From: Patescibacteria group bacterium
GTDB taxonomy: Bacteria > Patescibacteriota > Minisyncoccia > Phycocordibacterales > UBA918
Reading direction: 5' to 3'
NCBI GenBank assembly: GCA_038061715.1
Contig: JBBTYP010000003.1
Span: 12,034 to 76,033, forward strand
Length of the DNA: 64,000 nucleotides
In this document: positions 24,881 to 34,295 of the stretch, piece after piece
Numbering within the stretch: the stretch's first letter is position 1
Layout of the letters: each line of letters starts with the position of its first letter
Notes under the pieces: model-generated
Databases searched by the model: none
Seen by the model: only the letters and a program-made list of their open reading frames with translations
Told to the model about the DNA's origin: nothing
Translations under genes and position numbers: made by a program

Positions 24881-27529
24881 CTACTTTTGGTAAATTGTCA
24901 TTGTGCCAGCACTAGGAGCAGTGGTGGTGAGAATTTCGCCCGTCTTAATGGTTACATCAGATAGGTTTCCAGCTGTGACGGAAGCGGTTGAGTAAGAAAT
25001 TCCGTAGGTTCCAGCGGGAAGGTTCCCGACTGTGAAACTTCCTGATCCAGTTGTCTTGACCACAACCACATACTTACCGTCTTTGTTAATAAAGGCTATC
25101 GCTTGTTTACCACTATTAGTAGTAGTGGCTCCGATGCGAACGGCTCCTTTGCGCACGTACTTAAATACTTGGGCAAGTTGTGGGGTTGCGTTAGCTAGCG
25201 TAATAATCGCATTTTGTGGATTCGCAATATTTGCTCTTAGGTAGTAACCCCCGTTGTCTTGGAGCGTAGTTTTTTGGGCTAGACCCCATTGTTGCCAAGA
25301 AGAAACGTTACCGATTGTGAGATCCTCCCATAGCTGATCAATACCAGCTCCGACTTTTTCTAACATCGCTGTTTTTAAGTTACTTGCCTTAGCAGTATTA
25401 GCAATACTCTGAATAGTCGAAACCTGTTGTGAGCCGTAACGGTGATACGCCAGTACGTCGAGCGATGAGATAATCCCTGCCACCTTTATCATGTCGTTAA
25501 AATACGGCAAGGTGTTCGCTTCGTTGGTGACGGACGGAGCGATGTACTCTGGATTAAATCCATTCGCACTCAATTTGCTTTTTACTGCCATCATTCCGTC
25601 ACCGAGTTGTTTACCTCTCCAACTCAAACTGTTTTCTGGTTCAAGATTGACTTCAAACGCATCGGGGGTAATTCCATATTTGTCGCGCATGTGGATGAAG
25701 AAGGCGAGGATTAATTCTGCAAACTCGTTTGGGTTGTTGGCGTGACTCAAAGAACCTTGTGAGCCCGTACCAAAATCAACATAGTTAATGTTTACATAAG
25801 GTTTCTCACCCTGCTTAGCCAATTCAGTCTTCATTGGTAACAGCAGATGTTCTACTTGGTAATCAAAGTATGAGAACTGGATCCCTGCCGCCGAAAGTGA
25901 ATTTGGATCGTTGTTATCATTAATTTTTTCGTAGTAACGGCCTTGAGTCTCTGTGTATGTCATTTGACCGTTAACAAAGCGGGGCCAGTAATCAACTGGG
26001 TTCTCCATTCCGCTGGTTATCTCTAATCGAACTCCGTTGAGGCCAGCCTTATTTACGAGCGCTGCTGCTACTGCTGTGTCATTCGCTATTCGAGAACCAT
26101 CGTAACGGTTATTTGCTTTGTCGATATCCCAACCTCGGTTCATTACCATCCAGGTGTCTATGGTTTGGAATTTACTACTTGGATTTATGTTAATAGTGGC
26201 AGAAGTCGGAGTTGGTGTTGGGGTAGGTGTAGGGGTAGGTGTTGGTGTTGGTGTTGGAGTCGGTACTGGTGCAGGCGGAGTTGTGTTCCCTCCCGAGACC
26301 CGGGTGAGAAACTCTTCCGCACTCCAACCATCAAGTCCGGCAGCGTAGTCGATTTTCCACCACCAAATATTGTTGGCGTACGATGGGCCTCCAACTACTG
26401 TTCCTGTCGAGCCCTTTGGTTGATATCCGAGCCATTGTCCATAAGCAAGAGTACGAACCGAAAGCTGATTACTAGTTACGGTAACCTTGTCTTGAAGAGT
26501 AAACTTGGTACTCAAAGGAACTCTATCTGATGTTTGTGGGCTTTCTAACACTAAGGAAAGGAAGTTCTCGGCGCTCCAACCATCTGCTCCCGAATCGTAA
26601 TCGACTTTTCGCCACCATAGGTTGTTGGTGTAAGTTGGACCACCAACAATAGTTCCTCGCATATGCCGATTTTGAGATCCGATTTGATTACCGTTGGCCG
26701 CGTCACGCACCAAGAGCGGTGCGTCTACCGTGACCGCACGGTCGTTAAGTTGAAATTTACTGCTCCCGACTGGTGTAGTTGATGGTGGGGTATCAATAAC
26801 AGGGGGTAGTGTTGTCGGTGTTGGTTTTGGAGTTGGGGTTGGAGTTGGGGTTGGGGATGGGGTCTCTACTGGTACTGGTAATGGTGTCGGTTCTGGTGTC
26901 GGTTTCGGGGTTGGGGTCTCTGTTGGGGTTGGCGTAGCGGTAGGGCTAGGAGCTGGAGTTGTTTCTCCGATCTTTTCAAAGCGTACAGCATCAACCGACA
27001 CATTGGACATAGTGCCAGTTAAGGCCGTAAAGCTAACGCTGGCTTCCTTAGTAGCCGAAAAAGTGTAGTCGCCGTGGAGTATCCACTGCCCACCTCCACT
27101 GCGCTCTGAGAAGTTTTTTTCTGCCACACCGTTGGCGTGAGTCACTGAAACCGGCACTTTATCAGCATATTTTTCGTTGCTCACGTAACGTACCGATACT
27201 CGGTAAAGACCGTCGCTTGGAAGGGTGGTGAAGAAAGTAAAGTTCCGCGTTGGGTTACTTCCAACCCACTCGGTATAAAAGTCGGAACCATAGTAACCCG
27301 AGGAAGGGGTATCATTACTCTCCCATTTCCCACCGTCTCTTCTAGTGTGAGCGGTATCGTTGTTATCAATAACAATGGGTGAGGATTGAGAATTAGAAAC
27401 GGCAGCCGCCTGGGTATTTGTGTCATCGGTAACAGTCAGCGGCGCTGTGTCAGTCTTAAAGAAGACATAGGCTCCGACCGCAATCAGAACGAGAACAAAT
27501 AATAATAGGCTGATGGTTTTTTTACTCAT
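24881..27529 (-). CDS. Large secreted multi-domain protein: N-terminal beta-rich domain, PT-rich linkers, two SH3-like ~45-aa repeats, C-terminal GH-A clan glycoside-hydrolase-like domain (NEP motif)
   Basis: 882 aa; signal peptide; repeats GTIVGGPTYTNNLWWRKVDYDSGADGWSAENFL and GTVVGGPSYANNIWWWKIDYAAGLDGWSAEEFL; PTPTPT linkers; FEVNLEPENS. Confidence 0.5.
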   Translation of the reverse strand: MSKKTISLLLFVLVLIAVGAYVFFKTDTAPLTVTDDTNTQAAAVSNSQSSPIVIDNNDTAHTRRDGGKWESNDTPSSGYYGSDFYTEWVGSNPTRNFTFFTTLPSDGLYRVSVRYVSNEKYADKVPVSVTHANGVAEKNFSERSGGGQWILHGDYTFSATKEASVSFTALTGTMSNVSVDAVRFEKIGETTPAPSPTATPTPTETPTPKPTPEPTPLPVPVETPSPTPTPTPTPKPTPTTLPPVIDTPPSTTPVGSSKFQLNDRAVTVDAPLLVRDAANGNQIGSQNRHMRGTIVGGPTYTNNLWWRKVDYDSGADGWSAENFLSLVLESPQTSDRVPLSTKFTLQDKVTVTSNQLSVRTLAYGQWLGYQPKGSTGTVVGGPSYANNIWWWKIDYAAGLDGWSAEEFLTRVSGGNTTPPAPVPTPTPTPTPTPTPTPTPTPTSATININPSSKFQTIDTWMVMNRGWDIDKANNRYDGSRIANDTAVAAALVNKAGLNGVRLEITSGMENPVDYWPRFVNGQMTYTETQGRYYEKINDNNDPNSLSAAGIQFSYFDYQVEHLLLPMKTELAKQGEKPYVNINYVDFGTGSQGSLSHANNPNEFAELILAFFIHMRDKYGITPDAFEVNLEPENSLSWRGKQLGDGMMAVKSKLSANGFNPEYIAPSVTNEANTLPYFNDMIKVAGIISSLDVLAYHRYGSQQVSTIQSIANTAKASNLKTAMLEKVGAGIDQLWEDLTIGNVSSWQQWGLAQKTTLQDNGGYYLRANIANPQNAIITLANATPQLAQVFKYVRKGAVRIGATTTNSGKQAIAFINKDGKYVVVVKTTGSGSFTVGNLPAGTYGISYSTASVTAGNLSDVTIKTGEILTTTAPSAGTMTIYQK
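26821..26960. repeat. Tandem imperfect hexanucleotide repeats (ggtgtt/ggggtt units) encoding PT linker; similar tract at 26207-26268
   Basis: Direct reading of sequence; encodes PTPTPTP on minus strand. Confidence 0.8.
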
Positions 27530-27644
27530 AAGTAAGGTGCGAAAATTAATAGTGGGCTTTTTATAAGGTACTTTACTATTGTATCAGCTCAATATAGCAC
27601 CAAAACTGAGTCTGTGAGCAACAGCCGCCCCCTTACTTTAATCT

Positions 27645-28409
27645 TTACTGACTTTTCGCCTCAAAGTGGCTGATAGTACCGTCACTATGGGTAAGCGTAA
27701 GTGTGGCACCTAAGTGGGTCACGCTCAGAGTACCTACAAACTGTTGGGTAAACTCCATCTCTTGCGAACCTTCACAAAACATTTTGGTCATGGCTAGAGC
27801 ACCAATCGAAATTGTCCCATCAGTCTCGGTATAATTGCCTTTAAAGCCATTGCAGTCAGTAGCGCCGCTAATGGTGCCATCGGTAAAAGTGACCGCGAAC
27901 ACACCTGGCTGCTTGGGTGTTAGGCTATGGTCTTCTTTAATTGTTTCAATCCAAACATAGGTACCTGACAAACTACCCACTGGGGTGGTAGTGGACATTT
28001 CCAGTGTCGAGCTGGCAGCGTCACTTGGTAGATAAATTTCTTGATTCTGGCCAACAAAAAGTGTTCTTCGGCCGCGTTGTAATGTCACTTCATCGCCTTT
28101 GTTCCAAAGCGAGAGATTTTCGCTTTGGTTTTCATACTTAGCGCCAGAAGCGGCTTCAACTTGCATAAATAACAAGTTGCTGTAACCCTTACCATTTAGG
28201 AGCGCCGTGCTAGTACCGAAGGTCACAAATATAGAATCGCCAGTTTCGGTAGAAATGAACGCCACCGGAGTCGGAGAAATAGCTGGCGGAGCTGCTATTT
28301 CTTGTTCGCTTAAGTCCTGTATGTTTGGTCTGGTGATTAACCAGGCAACACAGATAGTCCCAAAGAGTAGCAGGCCTCCTAATACTGTTGCTTTTACGAA
28401 ACTGCTCAT
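27645..28409 (-). CDS. Secreted protein with MliC-like and META/HslJ-like (DUF306) domains
   Basis: 254 aa; signal anchor; GATDCNGFKGNYTETDGTISIGALAMTKMFC resembles the META-domain GCN...G...M.C pattern. Confidence 0.4.
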   Translation of the reverse strand: MSSFVKATVLGGLLLFGTICVAWLITRPNIQDLSEQEIAAPPAISPTPVAFISTETGDSIFVTFGTSTALLNGKGYSNLLFMQVEAASGAKYENQSENLSLWNKGDEVTLQRGRRTLFVGQNQEIYLPSDAASSTLEMSTTTPVGSLSGTYVWIETIKEDHSLTPKQPGVFAVTFTDGTISGATDCNGFKGNYTETDGTISIGALAMTKMFCEGSQEMEFTQQFVGTLSVTHLGATLTLTHSDGTISHFEAKSQ

Positions 28410-28554
28410 ACCTGAATAATGGCCTATTTTAAGTAATTTTCCAAGTTCAATTATGCCTATTTATTGACTTTTTGTCTAAAATATGATATCATTCAAAGTT
28501 GGGAGAATACTTATATGGCGATCAAAATGACGCCGTTCAACAATAAGGGGTACC

Positions 28555-30066
28555 TTGAAAATGAACCATATAATCAAACGTCCCCGGCTATCGCTGTGGG
28601 ACAAAGTCAAGGCTGCCACCCGTTGGTGCCTTGTCCCTCCAATCCCTGAAGAGGTGTTAGTCCGTGAAGCCGACTATCGTCGCGGCCTGGATAACTTCGG
28701 CCCAATCTACGGCCGATGGCTCGCTCTGCGAGCAGTCGTAGAAGCTGAAATCGAAGCTTTTTTGAGTGCGATCTACGTCCGCCGGCAATATCAGCCGGTG
28801 CGACACGTCTTGTTCGCACGAGAACGCAGGCTATTTGTAGTTCTCATCGGCACAGTTGTGCTGATATTTGCTGCTAATGCCAACGCGGAAAAGCGGCTGC
28901 TGCCGCAATTCTCCGTCTCGATTGATGAGTTGTCGGCTTCGGTGACTGATTTCCTAATCAAACCAGACAATTGGCTGAGTGGTCCGGCTTCCCTCACGGG
29001 CAGTCGAGCCTCCGTCCTCGGTGCGTTTCATTACGCTAAAGAGGCTCGCTATGCTTTTGCTGCCAATAATGCTGAACGCGACCGCTTGGTCGCCAACGGC
29101 ACTTTGGTAAAGCTTGAGGGTCCATACCTTGAGCTGATTGACGTGTCGAGCCCTTACGTCTTGCCGGTGGTGGCGAAATCCACCAATCGACTCGGACAGC
29201 AATACGCTGAGCAGGGTTGTGGCAAATTGAAAGTTTCAAGCGGCATGAGACCGCTCGATTTTCAAAAGACAATCAAACACGGCTCCAGCCTATCGGTTCA
29301 TCCGACTGGTATGGCGGTTGACTTGCGTCGAATCGTCCCCGAGAACAAAGAGCAAATCACTTGCCTTAACTGGCTCGCGAAAACGCTCCAAGCCATCGAG
29401 GCCGACGGTCGAGTCGACGCCACAGCCGAGACAAGACCGGAGCGACACTTTCATGTGGTCGCCGTGCCGCATGTCTACGAAGCCTGGCTGGCGACTTTAC
29501 CGCCACAACTCGATCCTGACGTGAAATGGTTGGCAACGACGCTTCATTTTGAAGCCGCACCAAACGAACTAACGGAAGGCTATCGGGCCATCGCGTGGGT
29601 AATCCGCAATCGGGTGCGTTCGAGCGAATTCCCCAACACCACCATCGAGGTGGTAGCTGAGGGAGCCGCTGGTCTTAGTACCGGTGGTTGCCAGTTCAGC
29701 TTCATGTGTGACGGTAAGCAGGAGGATATCTATGAACCCTGCAAGACGCCGAACCCGCTCATGACGCGGTATTGGTTAAATAAATGCGCTGAACGTTGGG
29801 AGGTGGTGGTCAACATCGCCAAACAAGTTCTCGCTGAACCAGAAACCAATGACCCGACTGGGGGTGCGGTATTGTATTACGCCGCATCCATGCCAAAGGC
29901 ACCCGCTTGGTCAATGCGGAGGGTTGAGACAAGGAGGCGTGAAGACGGTTCCAAGTATCAAATCGCGCTTGCTAATGGGGACTTGAAAACAGGAACCATC
30001 AAGCAAATCGGTAGCCATATTTTTGGCTGCTCGATTTTCCGTGGCAAAGACGCCTGTCGATCATAA
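28555..30066 (+). CDS. Membrane-anchored two-domain peptidoglycan hydrolase: peptidase M15 (VanY-like) plus SleB-like cell-wall hydrolase domain; GC-rich (~58%) gene
   Basis: 503 aa; SSGMRPLDFQKTIKHGSSLSVHPTGMAVDLRR (SxHxxGxAxD zinc-site pattern of M15); C-terminal YRAIAWVIRNRVRSSEFPNTTIEVV...QFSFMCDG...GGAVLYY matches SleB family blocks. Confidence 0.65.
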   Translation: MKMNHIIKRPRLSLWDKVKAATRWCLVPPIPEEVLVREADYRRGLDNFGPIYGRWLALRAVVEAEIEAFLSAIYVRRQYQPVRHVLFARERRLFVVLIGTVVLIFAANANAEKRLLPQFSVSIDELSASVTDFLIKPDNWLSGPASLTGSRASVLGAFHYAKEARYAFAANNAERDRLVANGTLVKLEGPYLELIDVSSPYVLPVVAKSTNRLGQQYAEQGCGKLKVSSGMRPLDFQKTIKHGSSLSVHPTGMAVDLRRIVPENKEQITCLNWLAKTLQAIEADGRVDATAETRPERHFHVVAVPHVYEAWLATLPPQLDPDVKWLATTLHFEAAPNELTEGYRAIAWVIRNRVRSSEFPNTTIEVVAEGAAGLSTGGCQFSFMCDGKQEDIYEPCKTPNPLMTRYWLNKCAERWEVVVNIAKQVLAEPETNDPTGGAVLYYAASMPKAPAWSMRRVETRRREDGSKYQIALANGDLKTGTIKQIGSHIFGCSIFRGKDACRS

Positions 30067-30077
30067 GGAGAAGGAGT

Positions 30078-30767
30078 ATGAAGAAGCAGTTCCTCATCAT
30101 TGCTGGTGTTTTTTTCGCTGGCGTGGGAGCTATCCCAACCTACCAGCACCTGACCACCCCATTGGTGGTGCCAGTGCCGGTTTTCACCCCGAATGAAAAA
30201 CCAATCTTGGTCTCGGCCGAGGAAATCGCGGCGGCGGTGCGGGCGGATGCCTTCTTGGTGTCATCCCGCAGCAAAGCCACTGCGGTGGCGGTGGTGAAGT
30301 CGGGTGTCGACATCAGTTCCGACACTCCGACTGACGGCTGGGGGGCTTGGTTGCGACAATGGTGGAATTACCACACTACGCGCGACCGATTGACGGCTGA
30401 AGTGAGTGGTGAGGTGCTGGCGGGTTTCGACCTCAAGCAAATCACTGCCGCCAATGTCGTCAAAAATACCGACGACGAGGTGGTCTTCAATCTGGGTACG
30501 CCAGAATTCATGGGCGTGCTCAACGACGAGATGGCCACCAAGACCATCAAGCGGGAGACCGGTTGGTTTCGTCTCAAGGATGAGACCCTGCTGCTGGCCG
30601 CCCAGGCTTTGGGTGAACCAGCACTGCAGTCAAGCGCCTGCCACGACGGTGCTCTTCGCACCGCCGGTGAGTCGGGGACGGAAGTCGTGCGACGCATCAA
30701 CAATTATTTGCGTTTGCGAGGCTCTCGCCGAAGCGTTCAAGTGATCTTTACGCCACGCTCATGCTAA
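30078..30767 (+). CDS. Hypothetical exported protein co-located with the GC-rich hydrolase (same atypical composition)
   Basis: 229 aa; N-terminal TM/signal; 12-nt gap to upstream gene. Confidence 0.35.
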   Translation: MKKQFLIIAGVFFAGVGAIPTYQHLTTPLVVPVPVFTPNEKPILVSAEEIAAAVRADAFLVSSRSKATAVAVVKSGVDISSDTPTDGWGAWLRQWWNYHTTRDRLTAEVSGEVLAGFDLKQITAANVVKNTDDEVVFNLGTPEFMGVLNDEMATKTIKRETGWFRLKDETLLLAAQALGEPALQSSACHDGALRTAGESGTEVVRRINNYLRLRGSRRSVQVIFTPRSC

Positions 30768-30786
30768 ATGGGCTGGCGAAACTTTC

Positions 30787-30840
30787 AAGGGCTCCGCCTC
30801 GACTTTATGTCGTGCGGAGCCCTTTCTTTTATGTTTTCTA
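30787..30840. terminator. Intrinsic terminator after GC-rich two-gene unit
   Basis: aagggctccgc ... gcggagccctt followed by tcttttatgtttt. Confidence 0.65.
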
Positions 30841-30850
30841 TAGGACCTTC

Positions 30851-30872
30851 TCACTATCATATATGATAGTGA
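30851..30872. promoter_or_regulatory. 22-bp perfect palindrome TCACTATCATATATGATAGTGA (copy A); putative operator or recombination site
   Basis: 20-bp core repeated exactly at 38265-38284. Confidence 0.5.
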
Positions 30873-30882
30873 CCGATTATTT

Positions 30883-31377
30883 TTATTTCAGATAACTGTC
30901 GAAATAGATTGCATGGCAAGTATACCCTCCCGCATTTTTTTGCAAGTAATCCTGGTGGTAATCTTCAGCTGGCCAAAAGCGAGTTAATGGTTCTAGGGTA
31001 GTCACGACTGGACCTTGCCACCGCTCTGATTCGTTTACAATCTCTATCATCTCTTCCGCTGTTTTTTTCTCTTCATCGTTGGCATAGAAAATGGCCGACC
31101 GATATGAAGTTCCTTTGTCGTTTCCTTGTTGATTGAAAGTAGTTGGATTATGAATCTGAAAAAAGAAATCCAGAAGATTTTTGTATGAAGTTACTGTCGG
31201 GTCATAGGTAATCTCCACTGCCTCGGCGTGCCCAGGATGAAATTCGTAAGTTGGGTTTTCATTTTTCCCTCCGGCGTAGCCAGCTTCCGTGTCGATGACC
31301 CCGGGTTGGGTGCGAAGGAGATCTTCGAGTCCCCAGAAGCAGCCGCCAGCCAGTACAGCTTTTTTGAGTTCAGTCAT
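30883..31377 (-). CDS. msrA: Peptide methionine sulfoxide reductase A
   Basis: [15 protein letters not shown] active-site motif. Confidence 0.9.
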   Translation of the reverse strand: MTELKKAVLAGGCFWGLEDLLRTQPGVIDTEAGYAGGKNENPTYEFHPGHAEAVEITYDPTVTSYKNLLDFFFQIHNPTTFNQQGNDKGTSYRSAIFYANDEEKKTAEEMIEIVNESERWQGPVVTTLEPLTRFWPAEDYHQDYLQKNAGGYTCHAIYFDSYLK

Positions 31378-31380
31378 AAC

Positions 31381-31785
31381 TTATTTATTATTCATTTCTA
31401 GAGAAATACCGTTAATGCAGTAGCGGTCGTGTCGACCAAAATCGCGTTCGCCTTCACCCTTCCGCTCTGGTCCATCAGGGAACACGTGTCCGAGATGAGC
31501 TTTGCAATTGGCACAACGTACTTCGGTACGACGCATACCGTGACTGCTGTCATGAACCAAAATCACCGCCTTTTTGTCTACCGGGTCGGTAAATGACGGC
31601 CAGCCCGAGCCGGAGTCAAACTTTGTATCAGAATCAAATAGCACCGCCTGACAGATCGCACAATGAAACATCCCTTCATCGTCAATGTGGAGTAAGTCAC
31701 TGGAGTGCGGAGCCTCTGTACCACCCTCCCTAGCCACGCGATATAACTCTGGATTGTCTTTCTTCAATTGTTCATCTGTCTTCAT
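31381..31785 (-). CDS. msrB: Peptide methionine sulfoxide reductase B
   Basis: CxxC...CxxC zinc site and RCANCKAHLGHVFPDGP catalytic motif. Confidence 0.9.
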   Translation of the reverse strand: MKTDEQLKKDNPELYRVAREGGTEAPHSSDLLHIDDEGMFHCAICQAVLFDSDTKFDSGSGWPSFTDPVDKKAVILVHDSSHGMRRTEVRCANCKAHLGHVFPDGPERKGEGERDFGRHDRYCINGISLEMNNK

Positions 31786-31854
31786 AGATATGTATAATTA
31801 GATGTTAAGTCGACTTTACTACGAATAGTTTACATCTTTATTTCAAATTGACAA

Positions 31855-31886
31855 AGAAAAAGTCCCCTAGCGGGGACTTTTTCTTT
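31855..31886. terminator. Bidirectional terminator downstream of rpsT
   Basis: aaaaagtcccc-tagc-ggggactttttc. Confidence 0.7.
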
Positions 31887-31890
31887 GGTT

Positions 31891-32154
31891 TTATTGAGCT
31901 TTCTTAATACGAGCGCTGAGACGAGACTTTTTGCGAGCGGCAGTGTTGTCCTTGATGACGCCCCGCTTGGCGGCCTTGTCGATGGCTTTGTAGGCGGCTG
32001 GAAGAAGTTCCTTAGCCTTGGTAACATCACCAGCTACCACCGCTTTGTTGATGTCCTTGGTTACATCTTTCATGGCAGTCTTGCGGCGAAGGTTGAACAC
32101 CTGCTTGCGCTTAGACCCTCGTAGTGCTTTTTCTGCTCCTTTAGTGATTGGCAT
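31891..32154 (-). CDS. rpsT: 30S ribosomal protein S20
   Basis: 87 aa, basic, KAIDKAAKRGVIKDNTAARKKSRL typical of S20. Confidence 0.85.
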   Translation of the reverse strand: MPITKGAEKALRGSKRKQVFNLRRKTAMKDVTKDINKAVVAGDVTKAKELLPAAYKAIDKAAKRGVIKDNTAARKKSRLSARIKKAQ

Positions 32155-32247
32155 AATAATTTAAATTTGAAGTGGGCATACTGTACCCCAGGACCAGAAA
32201 AATGGCAAGTATTCGCCTATTCCCTTTTTGGCTTGTACAATACTCAC

Positions 32248-32820
32248 ATGATTCGAATGTTAGTGGGGGAAATTGTGGTGGTGGCTGATGGATATGTCAC
32301 GGTGCTGGTGGGAGGGGTGGGATATCTTGTCGGAACCAATACTAAAGGAGTGGCGTTTCGCGTCGGCGACCCTGTCACTCTGCACACTCACCTAGCCGTC
32401 CGCGAAACAGCGCTCGACCTTTATGGATTCGTATCGATTTCTGAACTCGATATTTTCGAACTCCTTATGCAGGTACCAAAGATTGGTCCGAAGTCATCAC
32501 TGCAGATAATGAATCAGGCAAGCCCGACCCTTCTACTTGAAGCGATTGGCAAAAAGGACGCCGCTTATCTGCACAAGTTGTCTGGTATTGGAAAGAAAAC
32601 CTGTGAAAACATTGTGCAGTTCCTGCATGACAAGGTAGAGGGAATGGCCTTTGCTATGGACCTTGATGTCACTAGTGGCCTGACTGAAGCCCAAACCGAC
32701 GCGATTGATGCGCTGGTTTCACTCGGCTACGATCTGACCTCAGCCCGGACTTCAGTGAAGGATCTAGCTGGTGAAACCGCAAACGACCTCATCAGACAAG
32801 CTCTCAAACAAATGCCTTAA
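32248..32820 (+). CDS. ruvA: Holliday junction DNA helicase subunit RuvA
   Basis: MIRMLVGEIVVV...VLVGGVGYLV N-terminus and HhH motifs; start chosen at internal ATG (ORF-track start 32167 gives a non-conserved 27-aa extension). Confidence 0.8.
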   Translation: MIRMLVGEIVVVADGYVTVLVGGVGYLVGTNTKGVAFRVGDPVTLHTHLAVRETALDLYGFVSISELDIFELLMQVPKIGPKSSLQIMNQASPTLLLEAIGKKDAAYLHKLSGIGKKTCENIVQFLHDKVEGMAFAMDLDVTSGLTEAQTDAIDALVSLGYDLTSARTSVKDLAGETANDLIRQALKQMP

Positions 32821-32947
32821 CCCTTCCTTACCTTGTCATACAGGTTCTGCAAACTTCGGTTTCTAGATTAATAAATGACATAAGGCTCACACTGCCTAGT
32901 TATTTTCAAACGCTGCCCATCATATAATAAAAGGACCGTTTTATTTT

Positions 32948-34222
32948 ATGGACAACATTCGAACTTTCATCAAAAAATATTTACCTGTTTCACTTTTTCG
33001 AGTACTCCAGCCACACTACCATCTGGCGTTAGCTTGGTGGGGCGCAGTGAAGTACAATCACCCTTCACGACAAATCACTGTCATTGCAATAACTGGCACT
33101 AAAGGCAAATCCACTACTACCGAACTCATCGCTCACATTCTTCGTGGTAGTGGAAAGAAAGTTGCTTCCCTCTCAACTATTCAATTTGTGATTGGCGACT
33201 CCGCGTCCCGCAATCTGTTTAAGATGACAACCCCTGGCCGCTTTTTCGTGCAGAAGTTTTTGCGACAAGCAGTTACGGCTGGCTGTACGTATGCGGTGCT
33301 CGAAATGTCCTCTGAAGGTGCTCGGCAGTTCAGGCACAGATTCATCGACTTTGATGCGTTAGTGTTTACCAACCTCTCACCTGAGCACATCGAATCCCAC
33401 GGCTCATTTGAAAAATACAAAGCGGCCAAGCTCTCGATTGCACACGCAGTATCACAATCAACCAAACGACCGCGTATCATCGTCTCTAACGTTGACGATG
33501 TACATGGAGACGATTTTCTTAATCTTGAAGCCGAAAAGAAAATTCCTTATGCCCTGGCAAATCTATCGCTACACACACTACACAAAGACAGTGTTAGTCT
33601 GGTTCTTGATGGCGTAACTATTCGGGTACCGATTGTTGGTCTATTTAATGTCTACAACACTCTAGCCGCTATTAAGCTCGCTCGAGCTTTGGGGGTTACG
33701 CTCGAAGCTGCGGCCGAAATCCTACGTACTATCCCTCCGATTAAAGGCCGGGTTGAACAATTTGAAAGTGGTAAGGATAAGTCGAAGCAACTAACTGCGG
33801 TCGTCGATTATGCCCATACGGTCGACTCACTTGAAAAGCTCTATCAGGCCTTTCCCGACCAACCGAAGGTGTGTGTCCTTGGTAACACTGGCGGCGGGCG
33901 CGACACTTGGAAGCGCCCCGAGATGGCAGCGGTAGCGGAAAAGTATTGTGACCATGTAATCCTTACCAATGAAGACCCTTACGATGAAGACCCGAAAAAA
34001 ATTATTGATGACATGGTCAAGGGGATGTCGAGTACAGAGAAACTAACCATTATCATGGACCGTCGTGAAGCCATCAAAAAAGCGCTTGAGCTGGCTCCTC
34101 CAGGTGGTTACGTCCTGGTCTCTGGCAAGGGCACCGACCCCTACATTATGGAAGCCGGGGGCAAGAAGACTCCTTGGAGTGATGCGGAAGTAGTGAAAGA
34201 ATTATTGGCTGAATTAAAGTAA
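32948..34222 (+). CDS. Mur-ligase family protein (MurE/MurF-like, short form)
   Basis: ITGTKGKSTT P-loop of Mur ligases; VVDYAHTVDSL block; 424 aa without a clear N-terminal domain. Confidence 0.65.
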   Translation: MDNIRTFIKKYLPVSLFRVLQPHYHLALAWWGAVKYNHPSRQITVIAITGTKGKSTTTELIAHILRGSGKKVASLSTIQFVIGDSASRNLFKMTTPGRFFVQKFLRQAVTAGCTYAVLEMSSEGARQFRHRFIDFDALVFTNLSPEHIESHGSFEKYKAAKLSIAHAVSQSTKRPRIIVSNVDDVHGDDFLNLEAEKKIPYALANLSLHTLHKDSVSLVLDGVTIRVPIVGLFNVYNTLAAIKLARALGVTLEAAAEILRTIPPIKGRVEQFESGKDKSKQLTAVVDYAHTVDSLEKLYQAFPDQPKVCVLGNTGGGRDTWKRPEMAAVAEKYCDHVILTNEDPYDEDPKKIIDDMVKGMSSTEKLTIIMDRREAIKKALELAPPGGYVLVSGKGTDPYIMEAGGKKTPWSDAEVVKELLAELK

Positions 34223-34295
34223 ATTACCGAGCAACAAGTTGACGAGGTCTTCTGAACAAACGAGCAAAGAACGGCGGCCTTCGGCTGCCGTTCTT

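Noticed and set aside
26118-26394. GVGVGVGV and HQHQH repeat ORFs, and a CRISPR-like appearance of the tandem hexanucleotide tracts
   Set aside because: The tracts are in-frame PT-linker coding repeats of the large secreted protein. They have no spacer/repeat architecture.
28954-29563. Multiple antisense ORFs within the GC-rich hydrolase gene
   Set aside because: They are typical spurious ORFs of high-GC DNA. The sense frame carries clear M15 and SleB motifs.
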